This document shows positions 19,945 through 29,830 of a DNA stretch of 64,000 nucleotides, in pieces. The stretch spans positions 673,183 to 737,182 of the forward strand of contig JBAZNP010000001.1 in assembly GCA_041649155.1 (NCBI GenBank), read 5' to 3'. Origin of the DNA: Patescibacteria group bacterium. GTDB lineage: Bacteria > Patescibacteriota > UBA1384 > XYA2-FULL-43-10 > 1-14-0-10-43-13. The notes under the pieces were generated by a model. The model ran no database searches. It was not told where the DNA came from and worked only from the letters and a program-made list of their open reading frames with translations. The translations under genes and the position numbers were made by a program. Positions within the stretch are counted from its first letter, which is position 1. Each line of letters starts with the position of its first letter.

Positions 19945-20154
19945 ATGGCAGAAGAATTTGTATGTAGTGAATGCGGTCAGGTGTCGGAAAATGATTATTG
20001 TCCGATTTGTGAGAGCAAAATGGTCAAGCTTGGCGATTTTGACGACATGTCATATGAATCAGATGAAAATGACGAAGATGAAGACGAATTTGACACTATG
20101 AATGGAGATTTTGATGCCGACGATCTAGAGGAGGGTCTGCCAAACTTCGCTTAA
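19945..20154 (+). CDS. small acidic zinc-ribbon protein
   Basis: CSECGQ...CPICES CxxC-x12-CxxC motif followed by a D/E-rich tail. A hairpin terminator follows. Confidence 0.4.
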   Translation: MAEEFVCSECGQVSENDYCPICESKMVKLGDFDDMSYESDENDEDEDEFDTMNGDFDADDLEEGLPNFA

Positions 20155-20170
20155 AAAGATAAAACAAGAT

Positions 20171-20197
20171 CCCGGGAAGTATTAGCTCGGGTTTTTT
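20171..20197 (+). terminator. Rho-independent terminator
   Basis: tcccgggaagtattagctcggg then tttttt. Confidence 0.5.
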
Positions 20198-20263
20198 GTA
20201 TGGGTTATCGAAATTGTAAGATAAATATGATATCCTGAGGCTAAATTAAGATGAGGATTCAAA

Positions 20264-21616
20264 ATGAAACTTTTTAATACAATGGCAAGAGAAAAAGAGG
20301 AATTAATATCAATTGAAGATAAAAAAATACGATTATACACTTGTGGTCCGACTGTCTACGACGCTGTCCATATTGGCAATTTGCGCGCATATGTTGTAAA
20401 CGATTTATTAAAACGAACTTTAACTGAAAACGGATACAATGTTACTCATGTCATAAATATCACAGATGTTGATGACAAAACCATAAGGCGATCTGAAGGA
20501 AAAAAAGCTGCCTTTGAAAAACTTGTGAAAAAGTATGAAGAAAAGTTTTGGTCTGACATGGATGAGCTGAATAATCTGCGACCAACTAACGTAACTCGAG
20601 CGACTCAGTATATTGATAAAATAGTTTCTTTTATTGAAGATTTGGTAAAAAAAAGTTTTGCCTATAAGTCTTCAGACGGATCAGTTTATTTTTCAATAGA
20701 AAAATTTAAAGATTATGGAAAATTATCCCGACTTGATAAGAGCGGTATAAAATCGGGAGCGAGAGTTTCTCAGGATGAATACGACAAACAAAATCCAAGC
20801 GATTTTGCGTTGTGGAAAGCGTGGACAGAAGAAGATGGTGAAATTTACTGGGAAACAAGTTTGGGAAAAGGGAGACCTGGCTGGTCGATTGAATGTTCGG
20901 CAATGTCAATGGATGTGTTGGGAGAAACTTTAGATATTCATACTGGAGGAGTCGACTTGATTTTTCCTCACCATGAAAATGAAATTGCCCAGTCAGAAGC
21001 AAAAACAGGTAAAAAATTTGTGAACTACTGGGTTCACAACGAGCATTTATTGGTCGACAATACTAAAATGGCGAAAAGTCTGGGAAATTTTTTTACATTA
21101 GATGATATAAAGCAGAAGGGTTTTTCTTCATTGGATTTCCGCTATTTGGTCTTGGGCGCTCACTATCGATCGAAATTAAATTTCACTTGGAAATCTTTAA
21201 CTGCTGCCAAGAATTCACGTGAGCGACTTAATAATATTGTCGATAATTTTAAAGATGGGTCAAATGGCAATATCGATAAAAAATATTATGATGATTTTAT
21301 AGAAGAAATATCTGACGATATAGATGTACCTGGTGCCTTAGCTGTTTTGTGGAACATGCTTCGCGACGAGAACATTGGTCGGGCGGATAAGTATAAAACA
21401 GCACTTTTAATGGACAAAGTTTTTGGCTTAGACCTTGGCCAAATAAAAGAAGAGAATATTCCTCAGGAAATCACAAAACTTGCAGAAGAGCGAAAAGGAG
21501 CTAAGGCTAATAAAGATTTTCAGTTAGCGGATGAAATTCGAGAGAAAATCAAACAAGAGGGATGGTCGATTGAGGATCTGGAAAATAATGAATATAAATT
21601 AGCAAAAAGCCTCTAA
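20264..21616 (+). CDS. cysS: cysteinyl-tRNA synthetase
   Basis: YTCGPTVYDAVHIGNLRAYV (HIGH-region), KMAKSLGN, and C-terminal DALR-like region. Confidence 0.95.
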   Translation: MKLFNTMAREKEELISIEDKKIRLYTCGPTVYDAVHIGNLRAYVVNDLLKRTLTENGYNVTHVINITDVDDKTIRRSEGKKAAFEKLVKKYEEKFWSDMDELNNLRPTNVTRATQYIDKIVSFIEDLVKKSFAYKSSDGSVYFSIEKFKDYGKLSRLDKSGIKSGARVSQDEYDKQNPSDFALWKAWTEEDGEIYWETSLGKGRPGWSIECSAMSMDVLGETLDIHTGGVDLIFPHHENEIAQSEAKTGKKFVNYWVHNEHLLVDNTKMAKSLGNFFTLDDIKQKGFSSLDFRYLVLGAHYRSKLNFTWKSLTAAKNSRERLNNIVDNFKDGSNGNIDKKYYDDFIEEISDDIDVPGALAVLWNMLRDENIGRADKYKTALLMDKVFGLDLGQIKEENIPQEITKLAEERKGAKANKDFQLADEIREKIKQEGWSIEDLENNEYKLAKSL

Positions 21617-21730
21617 GGATAAAAAAGTGGACGGACACAAATGATGCGCCGTCCGAGTAAAGAGGGTGGGAAGGTCTGATTTTTTTAGCTAATAAATCAA
21701 CCAAATGGATTTTAACCCAATATAATAAAT

Positions 21731-22744
21731 ATGTCAATATCTGATAAATCGTTTTGGCGAGAAGTCAAGCGTCCAATTAAAGTTCTCGCACCAATGGCCG
21801 GATACACCGACTCAGCTTTTCGCATAATTTGCCGGCAATTTGGTGCTGACGTTGTAATGACTGAGCTTGTTTCGGCAGATGCGATTGCTTTTAGTAAATT
21901 TAAAGTCGAAAAAAGTGATGGCAAAACTAAAGCAATCTCGACTAAAAATAAAACTACAGCTGAAATGTTGTCTTTTTCTGACGAGGAACGACCTTTGGTT
22001 ATCCAGCTTTTTGGTAAGTATCCGGAAAAATTTGCTTTGGCTGCCAAATGGATTTCGGATAATTTAAAGCCTGATGGGATTGATATTAATATGGGTTGTC
22101 CTGCTAGAAAGGTGGTTGGCAGCGATCACGGTGCTGCACTATTGAAAAATCCTGATCTTGCTTGTGAAATCGTTCGAGCAGTTAAAGAAAATACGAACCT
22201 GCCAATCTCGGTTAAAACCAGACTTGGTTGGGACTCCGATGATCAAATTCTGGAATTTGGACCAAAAATGATATCAGCGGGGGCAGAGGTTCTAATTATT
22301 CATGGTCGGACTTATAAACACGGTTTTTCCGGCGAGGCACGTTGGGAAAATATTTATAAATTAAAAGAAATAGTCGGGGACAATATTGTAATTGGAAACG
22401 GCGATATTAAGAGCATCTTTGATCTTGAACGCCGCATAAACGGCGTTATTGACGGCCGGAATATTACGCTCGACGGAGCAGCAATTGGCAGGGCAACTTT
22501 TGGAAAACCATGGATATTCACTCAGAATACAGATAACAGAATACAGATAACAGCTTTGAAAAAAACTATTTTAGACCATGCAAGATTAGCTTTTGAAGAC
22601 AAGGGGGATAAAGGAATAATTGAATTCAGAAAGCACTTGCTTGCATATTTAAAAGGTTTTCCAGGCTCGAAAGCTTTACGCATTGTAGCGACTAAGATTG
22701 AGAATTTAAATGACATCGAACAAATTTTGTCCCATATTGTATAA
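21731..22744 (+). CDS. tRNA-dihydrouridine synthase
   Basis: LAPMAGYTDSAFRIICRQFGADVVMTELVSA...INMGCPARKVV: Dus family TIM-barrel motifs. Confidence 0.9.
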   Translation: MSISDKSFWREVKRPIKVLAPMAGYTDSAFRIICRQFGADVVMTELVSADAIAFSKFKVEKSDGKTKAISTKNKTTAEMLSFSDEERPLVIQLFGKYPEKFALAAKWISDNLKPDGIDINMGCPARKVVGSDHGAALLKNPDLACEIVRAVKENTNLPISVKTRLGWDSDDQILEFGPKMISAGAEVLIIHGRTYKHGFSGEARWENIYKLKEIVGDNIVIGNGDIKSIFDLERRINGVIDGRNITLDGAAIGRATFGKPWIFTQNTDNRIQITALKKTILDHARLAFEDKGDKGIIEFRKHLLAYLKGFPGSKALRIVATKIENLNDIEQILSHIV

Positions 22745-22751
22745 ATAATGC

Positions 22752-22791
22752 GTTATGCTAAATATCGTCGATCGTGAATTTTCAGCATAAC
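22752..22791. repeat. hairpin repeat R3
   Basis: gttatgctaaatatcgtcgatcgtgaattttcagcataac has a perfect 8-bp inverted repeat around the conserved core. Starts 8 nt after the dus stop. Confidence 0.6.
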
Positions 22792-23341
22792 AATTGGGTA
22801 AGTTAGCTCTCAAATTGGTCTACTCGATACTGCTCATTGTTAGAATGGGGTGGTTTTTTTAATTTTGATATTGACAAAAATTTATAAATGTGATAAAGTA
22901 TGCAGTCGGTTAGTTAAAGCTAACTGGGCAAGCAATTTGAAAATTTTAAATTGAAAACTGGCTGGGATCTGGGGAAATTATGAGTGGCGGTTTTATTCGG
23001 TTGGTCGGCATTGTTGACCCCTTAAAAAATGTGGGTCTGGCCACGCCAACTTCCGACCACTTCTCACCCTTTTCTTGGCTAGTTTTCAACTTAAAATTAG
23101 AAGATTTTACAATAATCTTTGTTGGCAATAGTCAAAATTGTATGAAAGATTAGCGTAAAGGTTTTGATAAAAAAATAAAATGGTTTAGCGGGAGATGTAG
23201 TGATTTAAATCATTCATTTCTCGCTAAAGTAAAAAAATACTTTAGTGAGTTATATAAATGACCCATGGACACAGTGCCTCCCGATCCATGGGTGGCACTT
23301 TGATATAAAACGAATCAAAACGAAAAAATACATAGGAGGCT

Positions 23342-24355
23342 ATGATGAAAAGATTTGGATTCGTAATTATAGTTGTAATGATGTTATCACTCGTTCCGAC
23401 GTTTGTCGGAGCACAGGTTGGTGCTGTTGTTGCAACAAACGGCAACGGCTTTGGCTGGTATGCTGGTGGGGAGTTCATCACGAACACCACAACGGCAAGG
23501 GCGACTGCAGTTCTCGGCATCGATCAGATGTACGAGGACTCATTCTCGTACGGTTGGCGCAACAACGCCGATGCTAAGGTCATCGATGTTGTAACTGGAC
23601 TTTTCAATGCATGTCCCACGGCTTATGCCGGGCCATTCACGACCGGTCCAGATGGACAACTGCTCAAACTCTCTGGAGTCTGGGTGTCAAACTTTCCGCT
23701 TAATTCAGCGGTAAAGAAAGTACCAGAAGGGTGTTTTTTAATTCAACTTGATTGTAATCCTTGTGGCGGCTTAACTGGTTCGTTTACTCCCCCATGTGGA
23801 TGCGCTAAAGGCGAATTGTTCTTTTACGGTCAAGTAGAGGCTGGAAAGAGAACGGTTTATGGAATTAAGATACCAGTCATTTCTTGGTTTTTCCCGAACG
23901 CTTTTGATTGGACAAAGAGGTCTGATTTATTTCAGCCGCTTGGAGTAGTTCCATACAACCTTGTTCGATGGGTGGGCGACAAGCCCTCTAATGCGACAGA
24001 GTTGGCTGATGTAATGATCAACCAGTTGGGTTCAGGTGGATCGTCTCCGGATATCATGGCGATGAGGGCTAATCACGCTATGGAAGAGGGTATGTTAAGG
24101 TCGACAAATGGCTTTAAGATAGCTCTCATGTCAGCAGACGGAACTCCGTTTACAGGAACGCTTAACTTTCGACTGAAGTCAATGTTTGACAACAGCGAAT
24201 ACACTCCCAGCCAGCTTTTTAGAGGACCAGTGTTAAGCTTTGGTCCGACGACTCCTGGTAAATATCAACTTTCCCTTTGGTGGGGAGCTGGTAAAACGAA
24301 GTCTTGGGATGTCGCTGTTGCGAATGACACTGTTATACCGATTCAATTGCCGTAA
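23342..24355 (+). CDS. secreted hypothetical protein (Cys-containing) in a GC-rich island
   Basis: Signal peptide MMKRFGFVIIVVMMLSLVPTFVGAQ and RBS aggagg. Local GC is visibly higher than the flanks. Confidence 0.5.
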   Translation: MMKRFGFVIIVVMMLSLVPTFVGAQVGAVVATNGNGFGWYAGGEFITNTTTARATAVLGIDQMYEDSFSYGWRNNADAKVIDVVTGLFNACPTAYAGPFTTGPDGQLLKLSGVWVSNFPLNSAVKKVPEGCFLIQLDCNPCGGLTGSFTPPCGCAKGELFFYGQVEAGKRTVYGIKIPVISWFFPNAFDWTKRSDLFQPLGVVPYNLVRWVGDKPSNATELADVMINQLGSGGSSPDIMAMRANHAMEEGMLRSTNGFKIALMSADGTPFTGTLNFRLKSMFDNSEYTPSQLFRGPVLSFGPTTPGKYQLSLWWGAGKTKSWDVAVANDTVIPIQLP

Positions 24356-24367
24356 GGAGGATGGGCA

Positions 24368-25036
24368 ATGCGAAAAATAGTGATTCTATGTTTAATGATG
24401 TTTCTTTTGCCAACCATAGCATTGGCAGCTATTGATTTGTCAAAGAAGGAATGGTATCCATGGCCGGTTTCGGCTCAAAAATATCGTCCTGCATTAGGGC
24501 CAAGAACATTGCAGGTGAATGTTCCTCCAGGTTATCTGACAAGTGTTGCGCGTTGGAACGGCGGTCGAGTAAAAAATGTCGAAGGATATAATAGCAAATA
24601 TGCACCTTCGATTGTTGACATTGTCAGCGAAACGGCCACTTATTGGACAGTTAATCCCAGAAGGCTACTGGTTTGTGGAAATCCAGAAACAGGGAGGTGC
24701 TTCAACGTTATGAAGCCTTGCCCACCGCCATGTCCAACGGTATCAAAACCGCCATGTGAACCGCCATGTCCACCTTTACCACCACCTTGTGCCATAATTG
24801 GTACAGCAGAAGGATCATGCGCAGTGTATACGAGAGGAGAGTCACAGTATTCTCCGACCACACCTCGAGAAAGCGTTGATAATGGTGGTTGGTCAATACC
24901 ATTCGGAGTATTCGGCTATAAGCCGAATGAAACGACAATTACTCAATCTCCAGATTGCCATTTGACGCCTGAACAGGCGGCGGCAATTGTTAAGCCGACT
25001 ATTGGGCAGGTAACTAATGGTGTTATCTTGTATTAA
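24368..25036 (+). CDS. secreted hypothetical protein with Cys/Pro-rich segment
   Basis: Signal peptide MRKIVILCLMMFLLPTIALAA, and CPPPCPTVSKPPCEPPCPPLPPPC. RBS aaggagg. Confidence 0.5.
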   Translation: MRKIVILCLMMFLLPTIALAAIDLSKKEWYPWPVSAQKYRPALGPRTLQVNVPPGYLTSVARWNGGRVKNVEGYNSKYAPSIVDIVSETATYWTVNPRRLLVCGNPETGRCFNVMKPCPPPCPTVSKPPCEPPCPPLPPPCAIIGTAEGSCAVYTRGESQYSPTTPRESVDNGGWSIPFGVFGYKPNETTITQSPDCHLTPEQAAAIVKPTIGQVTNGVILY

Positions 25037-25238
25037 TACTTGATGACACAATGAAAACCAGCGAATGCTGGTATCTGCGGGAGTGGCGCTAAAGCGCCAC
25101 TCCCGACATTCTTCCAAATCAATAATAATTATTTATTGATTTAGATAGAGTGATATTGAATAAAGTGATTAATTGAGGTATAAGAAAGCGTTAGTCAATA
25201 ATATTAACAAGCTTTCTTGTTATAATCGAAAGGAAAAA

Positions 25239-26411
25239 ATGAAAGTAATTAAGAGTTTCTTGGAGAATTTCAAAAAACTGTTTTGTATAACAGTTATTTT
25301 GTCGTTCTTTTTATCAATGTTCCTGCCTTCTCTGACGCAAGCTTCAGAAGGGCCTCATTTTGCGGCAGAATTGCCACTATTTGAGGGTGCTAACATAACA
25401 AAAAACCAACAGGGTTATTCTGACCCTGTAACGGGAGATCCTGGTGACAACATCGCTGGTCTGATCTACATTCACAATGATGTTAAAGGCACGACCGCGA
25501 CTAATTCCAAGGTAAAAGTAGATCTTCCATCTACGACTACTAATAAATCAGCTGTTCTAAAAGAGACGTTATCCGCTGATAATGCAGCTTCTATCTCAGA
25601 CACATTAACAGCAAATCTTAGCGCCGATGCTAACATTAATTATGTTGCTGGAAGTGCAAAATTTTACCATGTAGTAAACAACCAATCGGTTGAGATTCCT
25701 TTTCCAAATGGTGATGGGAACAATTTGACCACCACAGGCGTAAATCTTGGAAACCTACAAGGTTGTACCGAATTTATCTATTTTATTTCATTCATTTTCA
25801 AAACTACTCCAAAAGATGTTCCAGCTGCTAACTTTACAGTTGCAAAAACTGTGAGAAATATTTCTTGCGGTGAAAGTAATTTCGTTAAAAGCAATTATGC
25901 TAATCCTGGTGAGACTTTGGAATATAAGATTGATTTCCAAAATACTGGAAAAGCTGCCGCGGACATCTTTGTTGTAGATAAAATTCCTGCAAAAACCACT
26001 TTTGTTCCTGGTTCTGTTGTATTGGTTAGAAACGGTAAAGAAGAAAAATTAAGTGATGCTTTTGTCGGCGAGGGAGTATCTATCTCAAACGTTACTGCTG
26101 GTGAAAAAGGTACTATTAAGTTTAAAGTAAAAGTTAATGCTGACGCGAAAGACAAGGAAGTGCTTGTTAATACTGTAACTTTGTATTTTAATAAGATTTC
26201 AATCTGTGATACTGCTCAGACTACAGTTAAAGTTGCTGTAACTCCTACACCTCCAGTTCCAACTACTCCGGCTCTTCCTGTTTCTGGTCCAGTTGAAACT
26301 GCCAGCGCATTGGTTTCTTTGTCTGGAATGGGTATCTTCGGTTTTATGAGGTATCGAAAGTTTATGGCTCTTAAAGAAACTAAGATTATTGGCGAGCTAC
26401 TTAGCAAATAA
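25239..26411 (+). CDS. cell-surface protein with signal peptide and LPXTG-like (LPVSG) C-terminal sorting signal
   Basis: N-terminal signal MKVIKSFLENFKKLFCITVILSFFLSMFLPSLTQA. C-terminus PALPVSGPVETASALVSLSGMGIFGFMRYRKF (motif, hydrophobic stretch, basic tail). TATAAT lies 12 nt upstream of the ATG. Confidence 0.5.
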   Translation: MKVIKSFLENFKKLFCITVILSFFLSMFLPSLTQASEGPHFAAELPLFEGANITKNQQGYSDPVTGDPGDNIAGLIYIHNDVKGTTATNSKVKVDLPSTTTNKSAVLKETLSADNAASISDTLTANLSADANINYVAGSAKFYHVVNNQSVEIPFPNGDGNNLTTTGVNLGNLQGCTEFIYFISFIFKTTPKDVPAANFTVAKTVRNISCGESNFVKSNYANPGETLEYKIDFQNTGKAAADIFVVDKIPAKTTFVPGSVVLVRNGKEEKLSDAFVGEGVSISNVTAGEKGTIKFKVKVNADAKDKEVLVNTVTLYFNKISICDTAQTTVKVAVTPTPPVPTTPALPVSGPVETASALVSLSGMGIFGFMRYRKFMALKETKIIGELLSK

Positions 26412-26583
26412 GTAAATCTGTTGTCAGTAAATCAGTTATACAAAATTCCTCCGATGTAATGTTGGGGGAATTTTGTATATAGAATATCAAATACGAATTT
26501 GATACAATCAGGAGGAGAGGCTGCGGAACTCGCTTTGCTCTAACAGTCCTCGCCAATAAAACAAACAAGGCAAATAAATAACC

Positions 26584-27606
26584 ATGGATGCAAAACAACG
26601 TCTCTCTGAATTGAGACAAATTCTAAAAATTGACGAGAAAAGAGCGAAAGCTAAGGAAATTGAAGAAGAAATGAATTCTCCTGAATTTTGGCTTGATGAA
26701 AAAATGGCTCAGCAGAAATCGAAAGAAATTAAAGTCTTGAAAGAAGAAATTAAAAAATTTGATGATATAAATGAAATTGCTGAAATTGCAACTGAAGACG
26801 AAGAAGACTTCATTAAAAAAGAAATTGATAAGCTTGAAATTTACGCTCTTTTTAAAGGCAAATATGATATTAAAAACGCAATCATAAATTTCTATGCCGG
26901 TGCTGGTGGAGTGGACGCTCAAGATTGGACAGAAATGCTACTTCGGATGTATCTGAAGTGGGCGGAGAGCAATGAAGCGACTGCTGTTATTTTAAATGAA
27001 TCAAGAGGCGGGGAAGCAGGAATAAAGAGTGCAACGGTGGAAATTTCCGGTTCATATATTTTTGGTAAGTTAAGAGGTGAAAATGGGGTTCATAGGCTTG
27101 TTAGGCAGTCTCCTTTCAATGCAAAAAGCTTAAGGCAAACTTCCTTTGCATTGGTCGAAGTAATGCCGGAGATTGAGACAGACACTGAAATAGGCATTGA
27201 CGCCAAGGATATTAGAGTTGATACATTTCATTCCAGTGGTGCCGGCGGTCAATCTGTTAATACGACCAATTCGGCAATCCGCATAAAGCATTTACCAACT
27301 GGCATTATTGTTTCCTGTCAAAATGAAAGAAGCCAGCTGCAAAATAAGGAAATGGCAATGAAAATTTTAAGGTCCAGATTAGCTCAATTGATGCTTGATC
27401 AGCATAAAGAAAAAGTCGAGGAAATTCGGGGTGACTTTTCTGCACCGGAATGGGGCAACCAAATCAGATCTTACGTGTTGCATCCATATAAACAAGTAAA
27501 AGATCATCGTACGAACTATGAATCAAAAGATCCCGATAAAGTACTTTTGGGCGATCTAAATGGTTTTATTGAAGCGGAACTAAAACAAGTGGAAGGTAGG
27601 GAGTAG
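26584..27606 (+). CDS. prfB: peptide chain release factor 2 (single ORF, no programmed frameshift)
   Basis: SPF tripeptide (RQSPFNAKS) and GGQ (HSSGAGGQSVN). The N-terminus aligns past the position of the classical +1 frameshift site. Confidence 0.85.
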   Translation: MDAKQRLSELRQILKIDEKRAKAKEIEEEMNSPEFWLDEKMAQQKSKEIKVLKEEIKKFDDINEIAEIATEDEEDFIKKEIDKLEIYALFKGKYDIKNAIINFYAGAGGVDAQDWTEMLLRMYLKWAESNEATAVILNESRGGEAGIKSATVEISGSYIFGKLRGENGVHRLVRQSPFNAKSLRQTSFALVEVMPEIETDTEIGIDAKDIRVDTFHSSGAGGQSVNTTNSAIRIKHLPTGIIVSCQNERSQLQNKEMAMKILRSRLAQLMLDQHKEKVEEIRGDFSAPEWGNQIRSYVLHPYKQVKDHRTNYESKDPDKVLLGDLNGFIEAELKQVEGRE

Positions 27607-27646
27607 AAGGCGGAAAGAAGAGGGTAGAAAATGAAAAGGAGGGGAA

Positions 27647-28402
27647 ATGCAATTGCCGAAAATTAATGTTGATTGGGGTAAAGTGGGGGATTTGAATATC
27701 CAGAATTTTGATTTTCATTCTCCTTTTGGGAAGCTAATCTTATTGATTTCCGCTATATTATTGCTTTCTTTTGTAACAAATTACCTTTTATCTAGGTCAA
27801 TATTTGGTAGGGGCTACCGGATTTTTGTTGCCCCTGGTGTTATTGTCCACGAATTTTCGCATGCTCTAATGTGTCTTGTAACCGGAGCAAAAATTTCCAA
27901 AATGTCACTCTTTGATAAAGAGGGCGGTAAAGTTGAACATACGTCTCCTAAAATACCGATTATCGGCCAGATTGTTATCTCTTTGGCCCCGATATTTTTT
28001 GGAGCGGTTGTAATATATTTCTTATCAAGAAGATTGGGAATAAATAGTGTGGATTTTGCTACTATCCATTTAACCAAAGAAGGGATAGCGGAACTTTTTA
28101 AATCAGTGTTCTCTAATCTCAATTTTCGGATTGCCAGCACTTGGATAATTCTTTATCTAGTCTTGTCTATCACTGCTACTTTAACACCAAGCTTTCAGGA
28201 TTTGAGAAACATTGTAGCCTCGCTTGGTTTTATTGGAATAATAATATTTTTGGTTTATAGATTTTCCGCATTTCGTTTTAATTTTAATCTGTTGGCACCG
28301 GATCAAATTGTTGTTTTATTGTCGACTGTATCTTTGTTATTGATTTTGGGCCTCATATTAAGTATCATACTTTATATTACATCTAAGCTAATAAGCAGAT
28401 AA
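27647..28402 (+). CDS. putative membrane zinc metallopeptidase (M50B-like, HExxH)
   Basis: Polytopic membrane protein with VHEFSHALMCLVTGAKI in a TM helix. Family assignment is tentative. Confidence 0.4.
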   Translation: MQLPKINVDWGKVGDLNIQNFDFHSPFGKLILLISAILLLSFVTNYLLSRSIFGRGYRIFVAPGVIVHEFSHALMCLVTGAKISKMSLFDKEGGKVEHTSPKIPIIGQIVISLAPIFFGAVVIYFLSRRLGINSVDFATIHLTKEGIAELFKSVFSNLNFRIASTWIILYLVLSITATLTPSFQDLRNIVASLGFIGIIIFLVYRFSAFRFNFNLLAPDQIVVLLSTVSLLLILGLILSIILYITSKLISR

Positions 28403-28416
28403 GTAAAAGGAGAATT

Positions 28417-28722
28417 ATGGTAGATTTTTCAAAAGCGCGTGAATTGTATGATTTACAAAAAAAAGCAAGAAAAATTCAAAAAGAATTAAAAGACACAGAA
28501 ATTGAAGCAAAAAGCAATGACGGTTGGGTTAAGGTTGTGTTTAATGGTGAACAACATTTAACTGATATCGATATTGCCGAAGAAGCATTGAAAGTTGAAA
28601 ATAAGAGAGAGCTAGAAAAGGATTTAAAAAACACTATTTCTCAGGCAATTGCCAGAGCTCAAGCTCATGCAGCAGAGAAAATGAAAGAAATTGCTGGAAA
28701 TCTCAATATTCCAGGGATGTGA
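28417..28722 (+). CDS. ybaB: nucleoid-associated protein YbaB/EbfC
   Basis: About 100 aa, with K/E-rich N-terminus, core GWVKVVFNGEQHLTDIDI and C-terminal helix, typical of YbaB. Confidence 0.8.
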   Translation: MVDFSKARELYDLQKKARKIQKELKDTEIEAKSNDGWVKVVFNGEQHLTDIDIAEEALKVENKRELEKDLKNTISQAIARAQAHAAEKMKEIAGNLNIPGM

Positions 28723-28799
28723 GAAAACAACAGATTACTAATTATACAAATAATACAGATTATACAAATTAAGAATATTATAAAGAGTAAAGAAGCGAG

Positions 28800-29423
28800 A
28801 TGAAAATTATTGTTGGCTTGGGAAATCCGGGGGAAAAATATGAAGGCACGCGTCACAATGCGGGTTTTATGTTTGTTGATGCCTTGTCTGAATGTGAGGC
28901 TGTAAAGCCGGTTGATAGCAAAGTGGTTTTTAATTTTGATAAAAAGTTTGAAGCGGAAGTTGCTACTGTTAATTATAAAGCCGAGAAAATCATATTGGTA
29001 AAACCTCAAACTTTCATGAATTTATCAGGCAGAGCAGTTTCTAAAATTCTTTCTTTTTATAAGGCGTCGCCAGAAGATTTGATTGTGATAAATGATGATA
29101 TTGATTTGCCAATTGGTACTATTCGAATTAGAAAAGAGGGTTCAGGTGGAGGGCAAAAAGGGCTTGAAAACATTATTTCTGAATTGAAAACCGACAATTT
29201 TACCAGAATCAGAGTTGGTATATCTAGTTCTGGCGAGAAAGTAAATCAAATTGAAACGGTCAATTATGTTTTGGGTAAGATCGACAAGAGAGAACTTCCA
29301 ATAATCCAAAAAGCAATATCGCAGGGTATTAATTATATCTTGGAATTCATTGGCACTAATAATGAGATCCCTTGCCATACTATTGAAGTTGTCGGCAAGG
29401 AAGAGGGACCGAGTAAGGTCTAG
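28800..29423 (+). CDS. pth: peptidyl-tRNA hydrolase
   Basis: MKIIVGLGNPGEKYEGTRHNAGFMFVDAL is the canonical Pth N-terminus. Confidence 0.95.
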   Translation: MKIIVGLGNPGEKYEGTRHNAGFMFVDALSECEAVKPVDSKVVFNFDKKFEAEVATVNYKAEKIILVKPQTFMNLSGRAVSKILSFYKASPEDLIVINDDIDLPIGTIRIRKEGSGGGQKGLENIISELKTDNFTRIRVGISSSGEKVNQIETVNYVLGKIDKRELPIIQKAISQGINYILEFIGTNNEIPCHTIEVVGKEEGPSKV

Positions 29424-29830
29424 AAAGTAGAAGGTGGATTGTAGAAAGTGGAGAGCGAGCATTCATTCAAACTGTAATTCATGATGTCGAAAAATCCCCG
29501 AGTCGATCCAATAGAAAAAGAGACGGCCAGTGGCGCGGGCCGTCTCTTTGTTGTCTTGGTGCCGAACCAAGAGTAGATGGGGCAGTGGAGTGCCCAACCA
29601 TCAAGATCATCTACTTGCGGTTTGTAAGTGCTATCATCATAGGCAACCTCCGGAAGGGTCCCCATAAAATAGCGGGTAGTTTTATTGTATACAAATATTT
29701 TATATGCGCAAGTGGACAACTTGAAAAAAGAGCATAAAAGTAGTATTATATGATTTGTTAAATTAATTATGTGGGAGTTGGGAGACGTTTGCACCACAAA
29801 CCGCTAAGTTAATAGCGGGCTAGGAAAAAA

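Noticed and set aside
13325-22791. Possible CRISPR array from the three 40-nt repeats
   Set aside because: Only three copies with spacers of 590 bp and 8.8 kb; the spacers are protein-coding. No regular repeat-spacer periodicity.
23242-23594. Overlapping ORFs in three frames (92, 110, 63 aa)
   Set aside because: They overlap the well-supported secreted-protein gene starting at 23342 (strong RBS, signal peptide) and arise from GC-rich sequence with few stops.
26623-26922. 99-aa minus-strand ORF, Phe/Asn-rich
   Set aside because: Antisense to the K/E-rich 5' part of prfB; a low-complexity artefact.
26584-27606. Programmed +1 frameshift in prfB
   Set aside because: The ORF is continuous from a start that aligns downstream of the classical frameshift site. 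No upstream out-of-frame leader ORF is seen.
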